A stretch of 64,000 nt of DNA from Mobula hypostoma (Eukaryota), in contig NC_086097.1 of the NCBI RefSeq assembly GCF_963921235.1, forward strand, positions 56,546,001-56,610,000, written 5' to 3'. Below, one piece after another: positions 37,278 through 50,976 of the stretch. Positions within the stretch are counted from its first letter, which is position 1; every line of letters starts with the position of its first letter. The notes under the pieces are model-generated. The model searched no databases. It worked only from the letters and a program-made list of their open reading frames with translations, and was not told where the DNA came from. Made by a program: the position numbers and the translations under genes.

Positions 37278-39129
37278 ATTGGTCAGGCCACAGCTCTAGG
37301 GTCCCTGTCACAGCTGTGACAATCTTTTTGAATGCCATTCCTGCAATCACAGTGTGAACAAATACAACTGTGCATTGCTATAACTTTGGTGAATGGGCAC
37401 ACGGGGAAATGAGGAAGGAGAAAGAAAAGAGAGAAACCAAGTTATCATTGCTGCAGTGACATTAATGAGTTTCCCACTCAAAGGCATTATGGGACTACCA
37501 TCTATGCAACAGTAATGTTAATTGAAATAAAGAACCAGCTCCCCTTTTAGGGATAACTTTGCTATTTTTGTTATATCCCGAAGCAACAATTTAAAAAACG
37601 TCATTTAAAAAGTGCAAAGGGATAAAAATCAAAAAATTCCACAAGGTTCTGTGATCATAATTTCAGACATATTAATTGAAACTCAGAAGAAAGACTGTAA
37701 ACTGACATCCATTTCTCCAGGTTGTCTGAAAAACGCAGAGTAGAATATTGGTAGTCTATGTAGAAATTGTACTTCTGGGTATCTGAATTGACTGCAACTC
37801 ATTCAAGTCATATGAACAGAGAAAGAAGTCATATAAACTGTAAAGTTGTATATTTGAAGTTTTTATTATTTTGAAAATAATGATCAACCTAGATCTAGGA
37901 TTCTGTACTGATATAAAGATGAATTCTCTGTAGTCCTTCAGGAAGGGTAGCAGTTTTTTGGAAAACAAATTTATCAATTTAATAGGTTCAGTTTAGCTTC
38001 TCCAGGAATCTATATACAATTGTAAAATAAGAGATGGTCAGAGGTAATTTCCCACTGGTCTTTAAATGCTTCACAATAGTGAATGTTTTCTAAGGTTATC
38101 AAATCACTTTACATCTTTAGCCAGGGAAAAATAACAAATTTCCTTAACACTTTATTCCAAGATTTTAAACTACTGCTGTTTGTTCACCTTTGTATGTGCT
38201 CAAATTTGGTGTATCACCTGCATATTTAACAGAGAACAATTTAACAAAATATACTAATTTTCTAATTTAGGCTTCCTCATCATGTATATTGTTGCGCAAC
38301 GTGTGGCGGAAGAATTAAGGAATGGACACTTAGATCTCATGGTGCAATGAATATCGCAGAGGACAAGTAAATGTTTAATCCAGAATAAAGAAGTATGATT
38401 ACCTTGGGTCATTTCCTCTTCAAAAGATCTCTGGTTAAAGTGTTGATTATTGAGTTCAAGTTTGTTTTTCATTGGTGTACAAAATTATAAAATCAACTGT
38501 CATATTTAGAAACAACAGAATGTAATGGCATGAGGAAAGAACTTTGTTTTATTAATAGGGTGGTAAGTTTAATCAATAGAAGATACTGTAATTGAGCTCA
38601 AGGAAGAATACATTTTTTAACAAATCGGTCTCACTATGGACAGGAGGTGTTGAAGATCTTCCTGTGTTTGAGACCATTTATTTGTGCCTTATTGTCAATT
38701 GACTAAGATTTTGGATGACTTGGAACAACCCTCCTGAAGAAGAAAAAAAAAGAATTTCTGTTCTTTTCTTCCTGAGCTGTCGAGTTTGCTTTGGAATTGC
38801 TCTGTTAATGGCATTATTTAATTCTTGACAACGACAATTTGTGTGATAAAATATGCCTTTTAATCACTATCTGATGGAAAGGACAAAATAACCTTCCCCC
38901 CAGTCTCAGATCTGGAAATGGCTTTTAGCCAAAAAATAGACTGAACAATGCCCCTTAGGAAGTAGATACTCATCAGAATAACACATCATCTCTCCCTATG
39001 TTTTAAACATTTTACAATTTGTAGCCGGAGACTCATAGGCAAATAAAACATGATGTGATGGAATTGTCAAAGCCTACAGAGTACATTGTCGATATTTCTG
39101 AAGAGCCCTGTGTAAAAATTCCTATCTAG

Positions 39130-41420
39130 GCGCCACTAAATGTTGGCAGAGATATACAGCAACCGATCAGATGTCGCATTGATACATGTCGCAGTACAGT
39201 CGAGGGCAGCTGGAGAGGACCAGAGGGATCTGTTGACAGGGTTGTGAGGCTAGTGTGGACAATAGACCTGTTGGACCCAATGATCCGTTTCGGTGCCGTA
39301 AATTCCATTTCATTTTAGAGTTCACCATTCTGAGCCTTTGCGCTTTGTGGCACAGTGCCAATCTACAGCGGGCACCCTGTTCGTTAGATGTTGCCTGTTC
39401 ATTCGCCACCCGTGCAGGAACGGGGTGTTTATGTTCGATAAACAGAGATTCCCAAAGGGAAAGCGCTTCGCCTTCTCACTGTCCCGCCCCCGCCTTCCGG
39501 AATAAAACGAAACTGGAGAGGTGGGGAGGTGAACACCCGCTCGCCGTGTGGAGCACGGTCTGTTTATTTAACAGCAGATTAGACGCACAGTGAGATTACC
39601 ATCAGACGAGGCGCTAGTAGTAAAAAGATGGTAACTAACTCAAATTCCTTATCACAACACCATGCAAATGATTTGGACCAATTTAATCTGCCCTTTTTGT
39701 ACCGTGAGCCATAAATCTCAAAATTTAATCGCAAATCACAGTCCAAGTTACGTGTTGTTTCGGCAACTGATGGCTTCACAGTCGTGTCAGTCACAATACC
39801 TCAATAATGCAATCTTCTTAAAATCACATTTCTATTCACTTTGCATTCTTTCAAGCGTCTGTCGTTCAGCAAACACACTCGCGCGCGCATCCACACACAC
39901 ACAGATTGATTTTGTTCGGTCGGTGAAACTCGATAATGCAAGCTAATTCTCTGCTAGGGAAAAAAAAAGATATTGCTATTATTTTAAAGTGAAGATAATT
40001 TTGTGAAGAAAGAGCTTACCCTAAAACCGAGGGGTGATTGATCAGTACAGTGATCCCTTGGGCTACACGGGACAGCCCCGCCGATGGGCTGAACCGAATC
40101 ACTGAACAGACCCGGTTGCTGGGCGATGCTCAGATTCGCACGCAGTTGCCCCTTCCCACCTTCCCAAATCATAAACATAATACTCTGGTTTTAATAACTG
40201 TGACTGATGTGAAATTGAGTTACTCCTTAAGAAATATATTACTCCTTAAGTTTTCTTGGCAGACTCTTGTGTTTAAAGCAATTGCATCTGGTAATGCGAG
40301 AACTAAATTTTTTATCAAAAACTTCCAGTGATACAAGCGATTCAATTACACCGTCAAGCAGGAGTTCGGCGCCAACACTTCACTTACTTTGGTGACTCGA
40401 ATATCCCGGGTAATAACCATAATATCCCGTGATCCGTAAGATCCTGTCTTCTATGCTGGAAACCCCGTTGGATGCAGCCTTGACGTCCATAAAGGATCGG
40501 GAGCACTGCTGGTCTTCGGAAGACGGAGGAGACAAATACTTCAGCTGATTCAGGTGCAGACTTATGTCCGACAGTCTCCGCATGGTTTTGTGAGTGAGCG
40601 GGGAGCTGCTTACCGTCAGTCTCTGCTGTCGAAAAGATCATCCCCTCCTCCCACTCTCCATTACAGCACCGTCACGTCTAGGGGGCAGCCCAGCTCCTAC
40701 CTCGAAAACCCGGCGCAGTGTCCACCTCCACTGGCGGCAGTAGGTTTGATGCACGGTGCAAGGAAGGGGACACTCGTGTCGTGCTGTTGTCTGTTTGGTG
40801 GAACATTAAGAAACGGACTGCAGTTTGTTGAACATAATCCTTTTATTTTAAAATAAAACGCGAGTTGCATCGAAGATCTGCATCAGATTACCGAGTGCAC
40901 GGTCTTGCACCAAATCGCCCACTCTATGCACACGCACACACGCTGCCCTATCGGGAAAATCTTCTTTCACTGTGGAAGCGCTGTGCAGACTTTTAAAATG
41001 CAAAGCGATATTGACCTTGGATACCTTGACTGTGACACAGGAGACCCTCGCTGGAAGGATTTATTTCATAAATAACATTTTTTTAAAATTTCAAACTAAT
41101 TTCGAATAAAGTGACAGCTATTTCGAAATCTTGAGAAACCCTCAAACCGGCCTTGGGAATCGAGCGACCATCAGAAGAGCATAAAACGAAGCAATGGCCA
41201 CAAAATGTCCAATGCACTGTGGTGTTCACAGTGTGCTCCCTTCCGCACTGGGGAAACAAACCTCAGATCGGATGACCGTTTTGCGGAGCATCCGTTTACA
41301 GGGGTGACCGTGAGCTTCTTGTTCCCCGCCACTTTAATTCCCCATTCTGCCCTCAGCCTGACCTCTTGGCCAGGTGCCTTTCTGCACTGTTAAGAGTTAG
41401 GCCCCAACACAGGCTTGAGG
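39130..41420 (-). promoter_or_regulatory. CpG-rich promoter / first-exon region of SLC35F4
   Basis: Visibly higher CpG density (e.g. ctcgcgcgcgcat, cccgcccccgcc, cggcgcc) than the CpG-depleted flanks. Few repeats. Surrounds the coding exon. Boundaries judged by eye. Confidence 0.65.
40388..40583 (-). CDS. SLC35F4: First coding exon of solute carrier family 35 member F4 (putative thiamine/organic solute transporter family)
   Basis: Translation MRRLSDISLHLNQLKYLSPPSSEDQQCSRSF-MDVKAASNGVSSIEDRILRITGYYGYYPGYSSHQ matches the recalled human SLC35F4 N-terminus MDVKAAPNGVATIEDRILRITGYYGYYPGYSSQK. It ends at a consensus donor CAAA|GTAAGT (GT at 40387-40386, phase 1). ATG 40490 to the donor is 103 nt. 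An upstream in-frame ATG at 40583 has ACCATG context. No downstream exons were recognised in the window. Confidence 0.9.
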
Positions 41421-41919
41421 AACAGTACCTCGTCTCGGCCTGGGCACATTACAGCCTTCTAGAATTGAAACTGAATTCTACAACGTCAGGTAACTTGACA
41501 TCTCTGTCTGTATCAGTGGTCCATCTGTGGACTTTTTTTTCTCTCTTGAACCCGGAAACATGCCCAGACTGACCTGCAATGTATGCCTTCCTGCTCTGCA
41601 TTTCACATTTTAAAAGCAGACATTATGTACTCACTCTGTAACTGCTCCAATCACTCAATCTTAACAACAGTTTGCAGTATGGCCGCTCCCCTGTTACCCA
41701 ATCAGAGAAATACCAGTCACCCACCCTGCCCGTGGCTAAGCAAGCTTCTTTCCTCTCCTTCCCAGTTTTAACAAAGGGAGTTTGACCTGAAACTTGATTC
41801 CGTTTCCCTTCCACAGACGCGTCCTTTCTTGCTGAATATCACCAAAGCTTTCCTATAATTAAATTAGTTGATCTAGTATAGATTTCCTTCATCACAGTGA
41901 CCTCAATTCACTCCGTGTA

Positions 41920-43555
41920 ATATCAAGAAATGGCTGAGAGCATTGGAGACAGCAAAAGCTATGGGGAAAGATAACGTCACAGCTGTAGTATTGGAGACCT
42001 GCACTACAGAACTAGCAATCCAATATAGTTACAACACTGACATATACCAAATAATGTGGAGAAGTAGTCTTTCCCCAAAAGAACAGTGCAAATCCAGTCT
42101 GGCAATTACCACACAGTCTTTCTTCTCTGCATTAATAGAAGCCGTCTGTGATATTGCTGTCAAGCAACACTGTCTTGCTGATAATCTACTCACCAATGCC
42201 CAGTATGGGTTTTACTGGGACCACTGCAGACTTCAGACTCTGTCACAGCTTTGTTCCAAAGAGATGAATTCCAGAGGTACAGCAGGAGTGAGTGCCCTTG
42301 ATGGCATTAGACTGAGGGTGCCCTGAAGGAGCCCTAGTCAGTTTGAAAGCAACAGACTGCAAAGGTTAGAGCTGCCCCTCACAAAAGGAAACACAACTGT
42401 TACTGGTGGCTCTCCGGGACGTCCCTGCAGGTGTTGCTCATGGTAAAGTCCCAGCTGTTTTATCGGTGACAGTTCTTCCATTATAACATCAGAAGTGGGA
42501 ATGTTCACTCATTATACAAAGTTTAATTTCATTCTCAACTCCTCACGTATAAGCAGCCTGTACACGGGTGCAAAAAGACCTGGACAACATGGGCAGAAAG
42601 TAGCAAGAAACATGATGCCATGTACCATCTGCTAAGTATATTGTAGTCACAAACCTTACACCAGTGGGCTCTCCCAAACCCACAACTCCTACCACTACAT
42701 AGGAGAGGAGCAGCAGGGTCATTACACTGCCATCTATAGGAGATCCTCCAAGCTGTACGCCATCCTGATTGGTCCCTCATGGTCACTTAGTCTAATTCCT
42801 GGGACTCACTGCCCAATAGATCTGTGGGAGAAACATTACCAGAACAAGCTCAGAGTTCCAAAGAGTGAGCCACCATCACCATTCCAAGCTCAAGTAGGGA
42901 TGGGTAATCAGTGCTAAATTAATCCCATTGACCTGTCTCTAGCCTATAGCTCTCCACACCCCTCTCAGCCATGTACCTATCTAAGCTTCTCTTAAATGTT
43001 GGAATTGAACCCACTTCCACTGGAGTTTGTTCCACGCTTGAACCATCCTCTCAGTGAAGAATGTCCCCCTCAGGTTCCCCTTATATAATTTACCTTTCAC
43101 CCTTAACCTATGATCTCTACATCTGATCTCACCTAACCTCAATGGAAAAGGCCTGTCTACATTCACCCTAACTATACCTATTATATCCCCATACGATCTG
43201 TGACATTATGTTCGAGTAATTATGGATTTATATTCCCAGGTCCCTTTGTTCTACCACACACCACAATGCCCTGCCATTCACTGTGTAAGTCCTTACTCCT
43301 GGTGTAGTTTGTTCTTCCAAACTACATCACCTTACACTTGCCTGCATTAAATTACATCTTCCATTTTTGAGCCCATTTTTCTAACTGGTCCAGAACATGT
43401 TGCAAGGTTTGATAGCACTCCTCGCTTTTCACTACGTCCCCACATCCATAAATTTGCTGCTCCAGTTTACCGCGTTATCATCCAAATCATTTATATAGAT
43501 GATAAGCAACAACAGACTCAGCACCAATCCCTGCAACACACCACTAATCACAGGA
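41920..43555. mobile_element. Ancient CR1/L2-group LINE remnant (plus strand, about 41920-42910) next to a CR1 fragment (minus strand, about 42940-43555)
   Basis: TAKAMGKDNVTAVVLETCTTELA and LLTNAQYGF are RT-like. HRLRVKGKLYKGNLRGTFFTER is on the minus strand. Confidence 0.65.
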
Positions 43556-45552
43556 ATGACAACTCTGAAAATCATTAGGGGACTCTGAGAAGACCCAGGA
43601 TACACTTGAAACTTTGCCTATTTATTACTATCCTGGATATAGATCAATAAATCATGAAATATTGCAAAAAGTCCATTGCAATCTACCATGTGAAATTGGT
43701 GTAATCACAAATCGATTTCAGTTTACTTAATTTCCTGGAGTAGGTGAATAAACACGTCTAAAATTCCTAATTTATTATTTTAAATTAATTTCAATTTCAA
43801 CAGTGACTGAACAAAAATTGTGGGGCCTCAGTTATTGTTTACATTGCAGAGACTGCTTCACTAATAGTGCCCTTTCTTCAGGAGGGATGTCAAAACCACC
43901 CTTTCTGTTCTCTCAGATGGACATAAATGATCCCATTACAATATTCATGGAAAGCACCGGGTGTTCTCTCAAGTCCCCTAATCAATATGTGTCCTTTATT
44001 TTTGTTTTTGGGACCACTTCATGTGCAAATTGCCTTCTGTATTTTCTATTTACAAACTACAAACTATAAAAACTATAAAACCGTGACTGTGAAGTGCTCT
44101 TGTAAAGCTTAGGGTAGGCAACATTGCTAAATACTGTAAACGTATGTCGCCCAATTTTATTTTCTAAAAGAAATGCCTGTCAGAAGGCTTCCAGAATGTA
44201 ACTGGTCTAAAATATTTTTTTTTAATATGAAGTCACTCCTAAATTAGCATTTTAAGAAAGTTTGAAGAATTGCTTTTCATCTTTCCCAATTTGTGGAGCA
44301 ACACTGCACAAGGGAAAGCATCAGTTCGCCATTCCTTTGCCAAACCCTCCAGGAAGATATTTCATACAAGGCAAACACAATTACAGTATTCATGTGGAAT
44401 CAGCCTATCAATGTAAGATTCTAATTGAAGGAGCTGAAGAACACCTCATTACAGTAGAATTAAACTTGTTCAAAGACAGGGCTGAAGAATTATTTAATGA
44501 ACATATATAATAGATGTGTGTGTTTTTCTGTGGAGGAATGGCAATTTTCCAGGATAACATTCTGCTTTCTTTTTCAATCTTGTGAAAATATAAGCCGAAA
44601 CATGGGAATATGACAGAAGCATAAAACAAGAGAAACTTGAAACGTCTCCTGTTATACAAACCATCAGAATCCACTCCAATTGAAAATAAGGAAAAGTGTG
44701 TGAAAAGTTGTAGATCAAACATCAATTTCACACCCAAGGTGAAAGCAATTGCAATTGAATTATGTGGCATCATAATCTTAACTCATCCCACTGTGATATT
44801 GACATTAAAACTTTTAGACCACTAACTATACATGAAACCAAGTGATGTAATACAACGACAGTAAGTGGAGTGGTTTTATGATGTCTGTTAAAACCCAGAT
44901 AAACACCAGAATGTGTGACTGAATTGATCAGGTGAGATGGATCGGTCACTGCTGTGAAAGACTGAAAATTGACAATAGCCAGAGGGTAAAGTTTACTCTA
45001 CTGAAGATTTAGCACAAAGCAATTGTTATGGTTATCATCAGAGGAGACTCAATGGAACGGACAGTTCTGTAGGGATATTCAACAGGAAGAGAAGTTTTGA
45101 AATGTACAGCAGTGTGGATGACAATAAAGAAGTGAAGCAGGAGTGGAGAGAACAACGGAGGAAACAACTGGGCCACAGTCATTCCAAATAATCACAGAGA
45201 ATATTGTTACATTCCCTGTATGTATATGTGTACAACTGTATCTGTTCAGTGCAGCCCTCCAGTGGGCGGGAGCATGCGTGAATTCTTGCAAACGCCACTG
45301 TGGCGCAAACGTTGGAAGTGGAATGGGAGTGTTTGGTTTGTAAAACAAACTTTCACAGTTACCAGGTTTAAGAGAAAGTTAAAGATATAATATTTCTTTG
45401 CCCATTTTAACTGTAGGGCAGCGTGGAGGTCTCAGAAGGCGTTTGCTGGGCAGTGTGTCCTCAATTTTCTGCCACTTCTATCACCATCAGGATGAACAGG
45501 GCAACTCGAGTTGCTGGGTCCCAGATACAGTATACTAAAAATTTTTTTTTAG

Positions 45553-46167
45553 CTTATGAAGACACACAATCCTCTTTTATTGTCATTTAGTAATGCATGC
45601 ATTAAGAAATTATACAATATTTCCTCCGGTGTGATATCACAAAACACAGGACAGACGAAGACTGAAAAAAACTGACAAAACCACATAATTATAATATATA
45701 GTTACAACAGTGCAGCAATACCATAACTTGATGAAGAAGTCCATGAGCACAGTAAAAGTTCAAAGTCTCTCAAATGTCCCACATCTCACACAGACGGGAG
45801 AAGGAAGAACTCTCCCTGCCATGTCGACCACAGTCCGACTCTGAGTCATACAAAAATTTCGGGCTCCGATCAGCGCTCCGACACCGAGTACTGAGCGCCA
45901 TCTCTGTCCGAACGATTTGACCTCAATCTCGGTCGCCAACAGCAGGCAAAGCCGGGGATTTTGAGGCCTACCCTCTGAAAGATTCCCGACCACACAGTAA
46001 CGACAGCAGCGAATGAGCGTTTCAGAAATTTCTCCAGATGTTCCTCTGTGCTTTCATGTCCCTCTCCATCAAATCAGAATTGTCCACGTCCCCTATTTAA
46101 CAGATATGATATCATTTTTCACTGGAGGGCTGCGCACGCGCGGTGCGCTGCTCTCTCTCCTCCCGCC
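45553..46167 (-). mobile_element. Non-autonomous retroelement related to 23729-25463
   Basis: Shared blocks atctggagaaa.ttctgaaa, catggcagggagagttc and atgacaataaa.gagga. Confidence 0.7.
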
Positions 46168-49100
46168 GTTCAGTAAAACTATTGTAAATGCAGATGCAGT
46201 AAAAATATTGTAAATGTTCAAGTCATTATACAGCTGCTTTATGTCTTTGGGGAGAGTTTCAATTGTTTTCATTTAGATTTCAGATTGTCTTTGTGCCTTT
46301 GCCCTTTTTTTGCTGCTAATGGTCTAATAGTGCCTCAATGGGCCGTTGTAGGTGACTTCTCAACATTTGGGAACTTATCCAATAGTGAGCTGTTACAGGA
46401 ATGCTGCATTAACCAGTTGGTACTTCCACGCGAGAACCTACAGACAAAGAAGCACATATATCCATGGGGTAGTGTATGTAGTGTTATAATTCATAAAACA
46501 CACCATGGCAAAATCATACAGGCCAGTAACTAAGTTATTTCCCAGCAATGGCACTGCCATAATCAGGCAAGGTCGCGGTACCCTGTATCTATTGTCATCG
46601 ATATATAATCTTTTTTACATCAGTGGAAGAATAAACAATGGGGGGGGGGAACAGAAGAGTGTGAATGAGATCAGACAACCAATAGCTGCATAAAAGGGCT
46701 GTGAAACCTACCAGAAGTGGGATTCTCAAACACTACAGCCTCCTTTCCACAATACAATCATATACAAGAATTAAAATCTTTGTCTGTTATTTGTAAGCAC
46801 CAGAACCAAATTTTGCATTTTCCTTAAGAACGCCCTTTGGAAAAGGGTTTCACCTACAGATAGATTGAGAAATTAAGGAGAGTATTACATTAAAAGAAGT
46901 TTAGAGCACTGCCAATGAATACATTAAGCATGGAGAATGAAAACATTTTATAACGCAGGAACGTCTAGGAAACTGATCATGAGGATTGAGGTTAAATCAC
47001 TGAGAAACACGAAGAAACTATGGAACAAATTGGTAAAAGGAAGAGGTTAACTATTGTAAATTTTGGTCCCAGGAGAATGATACGATTGATGTAGTGGCTG
47101 AGGTCACCAGCTGGGTGCACTATCATGGGGATGGAGGCTCTCATGAGACAAGTTGTTATGATTATTATTGGCAAACTGAGGCAGTGATTAAATGCCTGTA
47201 TGGATATAGTAGGTCCAAAGCTTGGTACAGCTCTTGAGAGATTGCTGTGTGCCGATGCAGTAAAAGTTGACTAGCACCACAGAGGCCTGGGAGAGAAAAA
47301 ATAAACAAGGGCTTAAAAATAATTCTGCTCAGGCTGATGCTTGAATATCAAAATGACTATGCAATAGGAAAACCAAGTAGATGAAGGCTGTATTTGAGTG
47401 GCAGTCTGCTCATCAATGCATCCACCTCGAGCGTTCAGTGTCTGAAAGGACACATCTAAGGAAAGTACTGTCTGGCATATGAATCAGAATAAGTGACTGA
47501 GCAACAGAGCATGCTTTTTAAGTCATCAGAAGGTCTCCTGACAGAAAAAAATGTCCACAGGCTTATACTGGCATGAACAACCTGAATTTCAGTCTCCATC
47601 TCTCAGGAGCTCCAGAGCTTTGTTCTCACAGCTTAGGGACCTGTACTTCAGGCTATCTGCCGTTCCTCCGCCTATGGTAGTCTTTTGCCGCTGGTTATTC
47701 TCCCTTTGCAAAGAATTAGTACAGATTAATTAATATTAGCTTAGAAACTGTAATGAGCTTGAAAATGTAGAATAAAACTTAGTGCTGGGGTAAGGGGGAG
47801 GGTGTGGGGTTAGGGACAATAAGTGATATTCTATCACTCAAGACCTGAGATGAGGAAGTTCACCAAAGAAACTATGTAGAGACTCATCTATGTCATGTTC
47901 CCTCAGCAGATTGCAAAGTCTGGGGAGAAGTGAGATGTTGATTAAATTGAGCCTCGAGAGTGTGGGGGATGGGGAAGGGTTGTCTGATGGGGACAGGTAA
48001 GTGCTGAGGATCATATAGGGATGAGGAGAATGCACAGTGAGGTCAGGATTACAACGTAAGGGAATCGTGCATTTAGGGAGAGGCTCATTACAGAGTTGGG
48101 GAAAGGATCCTGCTAATGATGATGATCAGGAGGTGTGGTGGGTTTTCGCTCAGTGAGATGGCCATTGTGTAGCAAGTGAATCAAGCAAATGATTGGAGCT
48201 GAGGGGTGGAGACTATCAGGGAGGAGAATGCACTGGGGCTGTGAATCAGAGAGACAAGGGGCAAGAAAGGAGATTGCATTTGGCCTGAGAGTTCACCCAA
48301 TTAAGGAGTAGAGGGGTTGAACTAGTCAGTGTGGAGAACAACCAAGAAAATATCATGGGGTGGGCAAAAATTACTAAGGAAGAGGATAGTGATGGCATGA
48401 GTATCTCAGCAATAGGGTGCCGAGATTGGGGGACAGGACACATCACCAAAAAAAGAAAACTTAAAGAAGGCCAATGGCCCAAATAATGTCAATTTGTACC
48501 AGAGCTGACCTCATCAATGCATCCTCTGCAAGCTTTCATTGTTTGAAAGAATACATCTTTGGAAACATGGACTGTTTTTTTTTCATTTCCATAGGTGTTC
48601 CCTGATTTGATGAGTTCCTCCAGCATTCTGTGTGTGTTTCTTTGGAAAGTGCTCTCTGGCACATGTGAATCAGAACAGGTGACTGTAAAACAATGCCAGT
48701 TTTTCAAGTCATTGGAAGGTCACCAGCGGGAAAAGAAAACACAGGCTTATACTACTTTGAACAACCTGAATTTCAGTGGCTTCAGTGGTATTCATGGCTT
48801 CAAATGGATATTGCTCTTTTGGGCAAACAAATATTGCATCACCTCATTGTCCATGGACCTCCATGTAAATGAAAGAAAATATGAAGAGGACCTGCCTTTG
48901 TGAGAACTTGAGAAATAGGAGCTGGAATAGATACTTGGCTCCTCAAATCTGTACTGCCATTCATGAAGATCATGGCCGATCTACGTCAATACCATTTTCA
49001 TGCACTATCCCCATATCCTTTGATCTCCTTCATACTCAGAAACCTATTAATCTCTGTGTTGAATGAATTCAACAATTAATTACCCTCTGTGGAGAGGGAT

Positions 49101-50976
49101 TGCTGTTCATCTCAACCTTAAAAGCCTGTTCTGACAATTTGACCTCTAGCTCTGGAGTCCTCACCCGGGGCAACATTGTCCCTGCACCCATTTTGCTGAG
49201 CTCTGTAAGAATTTTGTTTCTTTCAGTGAGCCCTCCTCTCTTTATTTTTTAAATTTTATTTAGAGATACAGCTGAGTAACAGGCTGTTCCTGCCCAAAAA
49301 GCCCGCGCCACCCGAGTACGTCCAAGTGACCTATGTCTTTGGGATGTGGGAGGAAATCCATGTGGTCATGGAGAGAACGTGCAAACTCCTTACAGACAGC
49401 AGTGGGAAATGAACCCAGGTCTCTACCACTGTAAAGTGTTATGCCAGCTGCTGTGATAACCTTGTCTTATGGTCTTATAACTCATCTACTCCATTTCTCC
49501 TCAAATGGAAGGCCACCATCACTGGGTCAAGTCTAATGAACCTTCACTGCTCGCCCTCCACAACAAGTGCAGTTTCTTAGGTAAGTGGACAAATCTGTGC
49601 ATAATTCTCCAGATGGAGTTTCACTAAGGCTCTGCATACATGCAGCAAGACATCTTTCCTCAAGTACACCTATCCTCTGAAATATATTGAACTTACAATA
49701 TCAGAAATGCAGTATTTTTTTAAAACTCACTTAAATAGCACTTATACATTGTGCTACACAATAAAATTTCTAGGCTAACGTGTTTTTTATACGCCTCATT
49801 ATATTGTGCCAATAGTATGGACAATGTAACAGTCTTTCTTTTCTGACTATAGCAGAAGCCCAACTGTGCAGCCCTTAGCTATTTAAGAGATAGCTGTCTA
49901 TTATGTTGTGTAGGCAGCCAATATTTTCCTTCCCTCTACCAGTCAGGAGTGTATTTTAATGTTCCACTCTATAGATTCAGTGAGGCTCACTAACACAACC
50001 TCACACCTTTGAATCATGCAGATAACTAGATGCTTCAAAGCCATTTTGTCAAAGATCTTATAAAAAAAAACTTCTTAAACTGCATGATGAAAGTATACAT
50101 TAGACAAAAATTTCTCTAAGGCAAGGGAAATAAAAATATGATTCTGCTAGCAATTCCTTTTAATTAAAGCCATAAATAATTTAAGGAACAATTGTTGAAA
50201 TAAAATTGATAGTTTACAATGGCTGTCATGAGATCCAGTCCGTGAGGAAATGCTTTTCAGGGGCCTGAAGCACAGAAATAATTATTTTGCTTGCCAGGTC
50301 ACTGTGCAGTTGTGAAGTTCACCAAATGTTACAATCACTGGTCTTTCTAGAAATGTAGAAGGTACAATATCATTAGACCTGTATGAAAAATTGTGTTAAT
50401 TGTCAGGTTTGAGAAGACCTGTGTGAGGTTTGTCTAATGAGAACCAATGAATATTTATGCCCCATGATTAGATCAGTTTCAGGCCATGAATATTATAATA
50501 CAGAGCATACTGATACAATTAAATTAAATAATACTTTATTTTAATAAACTTTGATGAATTGGTGTGGAAAAGAGTTCACAATAAAAGACACATATTCTGA
50601 CTAGGTTTAAATGCTGTTGAATTAAATCTTGTTGAATCTGTATTATCACAGCCAATAATTAATTTATATTTAGTTCAAAATAATATAGAAACATAGAAAC
50701 ATAGAAAATAGGTGCAGGAGTAGGCCATTCGGCCCTTCGAGCCTGCACCGCCATTTATTATGATCATGGCTGATCCTCCAACTCAGAACCCCGCCCCAGC
50801 CTTCCCTCCATACCCCCTGACCCCTGTAGCCACAAGGGCCATATCTAACTTCCTTTTAAACATAGCTAATGAACTGGCCTCAACAGTTTGCTGTGGCAGA
50901 GAATTCCACAGATTCACCACTCTCTGTGTGAAGAAGTTTTTCCTAATCTCGGTCCTAAAAGGCTTCCCCTCTATCC

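Noticed and set aside
44262..44825. Short ORFs in unique sequence upstream of SLC35F4
   Set aside because: No recognisable homology or exon structure.
47830..48480. Purine-rich stretch possibly an ancient L2 endonuclease remnant on the minus strand
   Set aside because: Too decayed to support with identifiable motifs.
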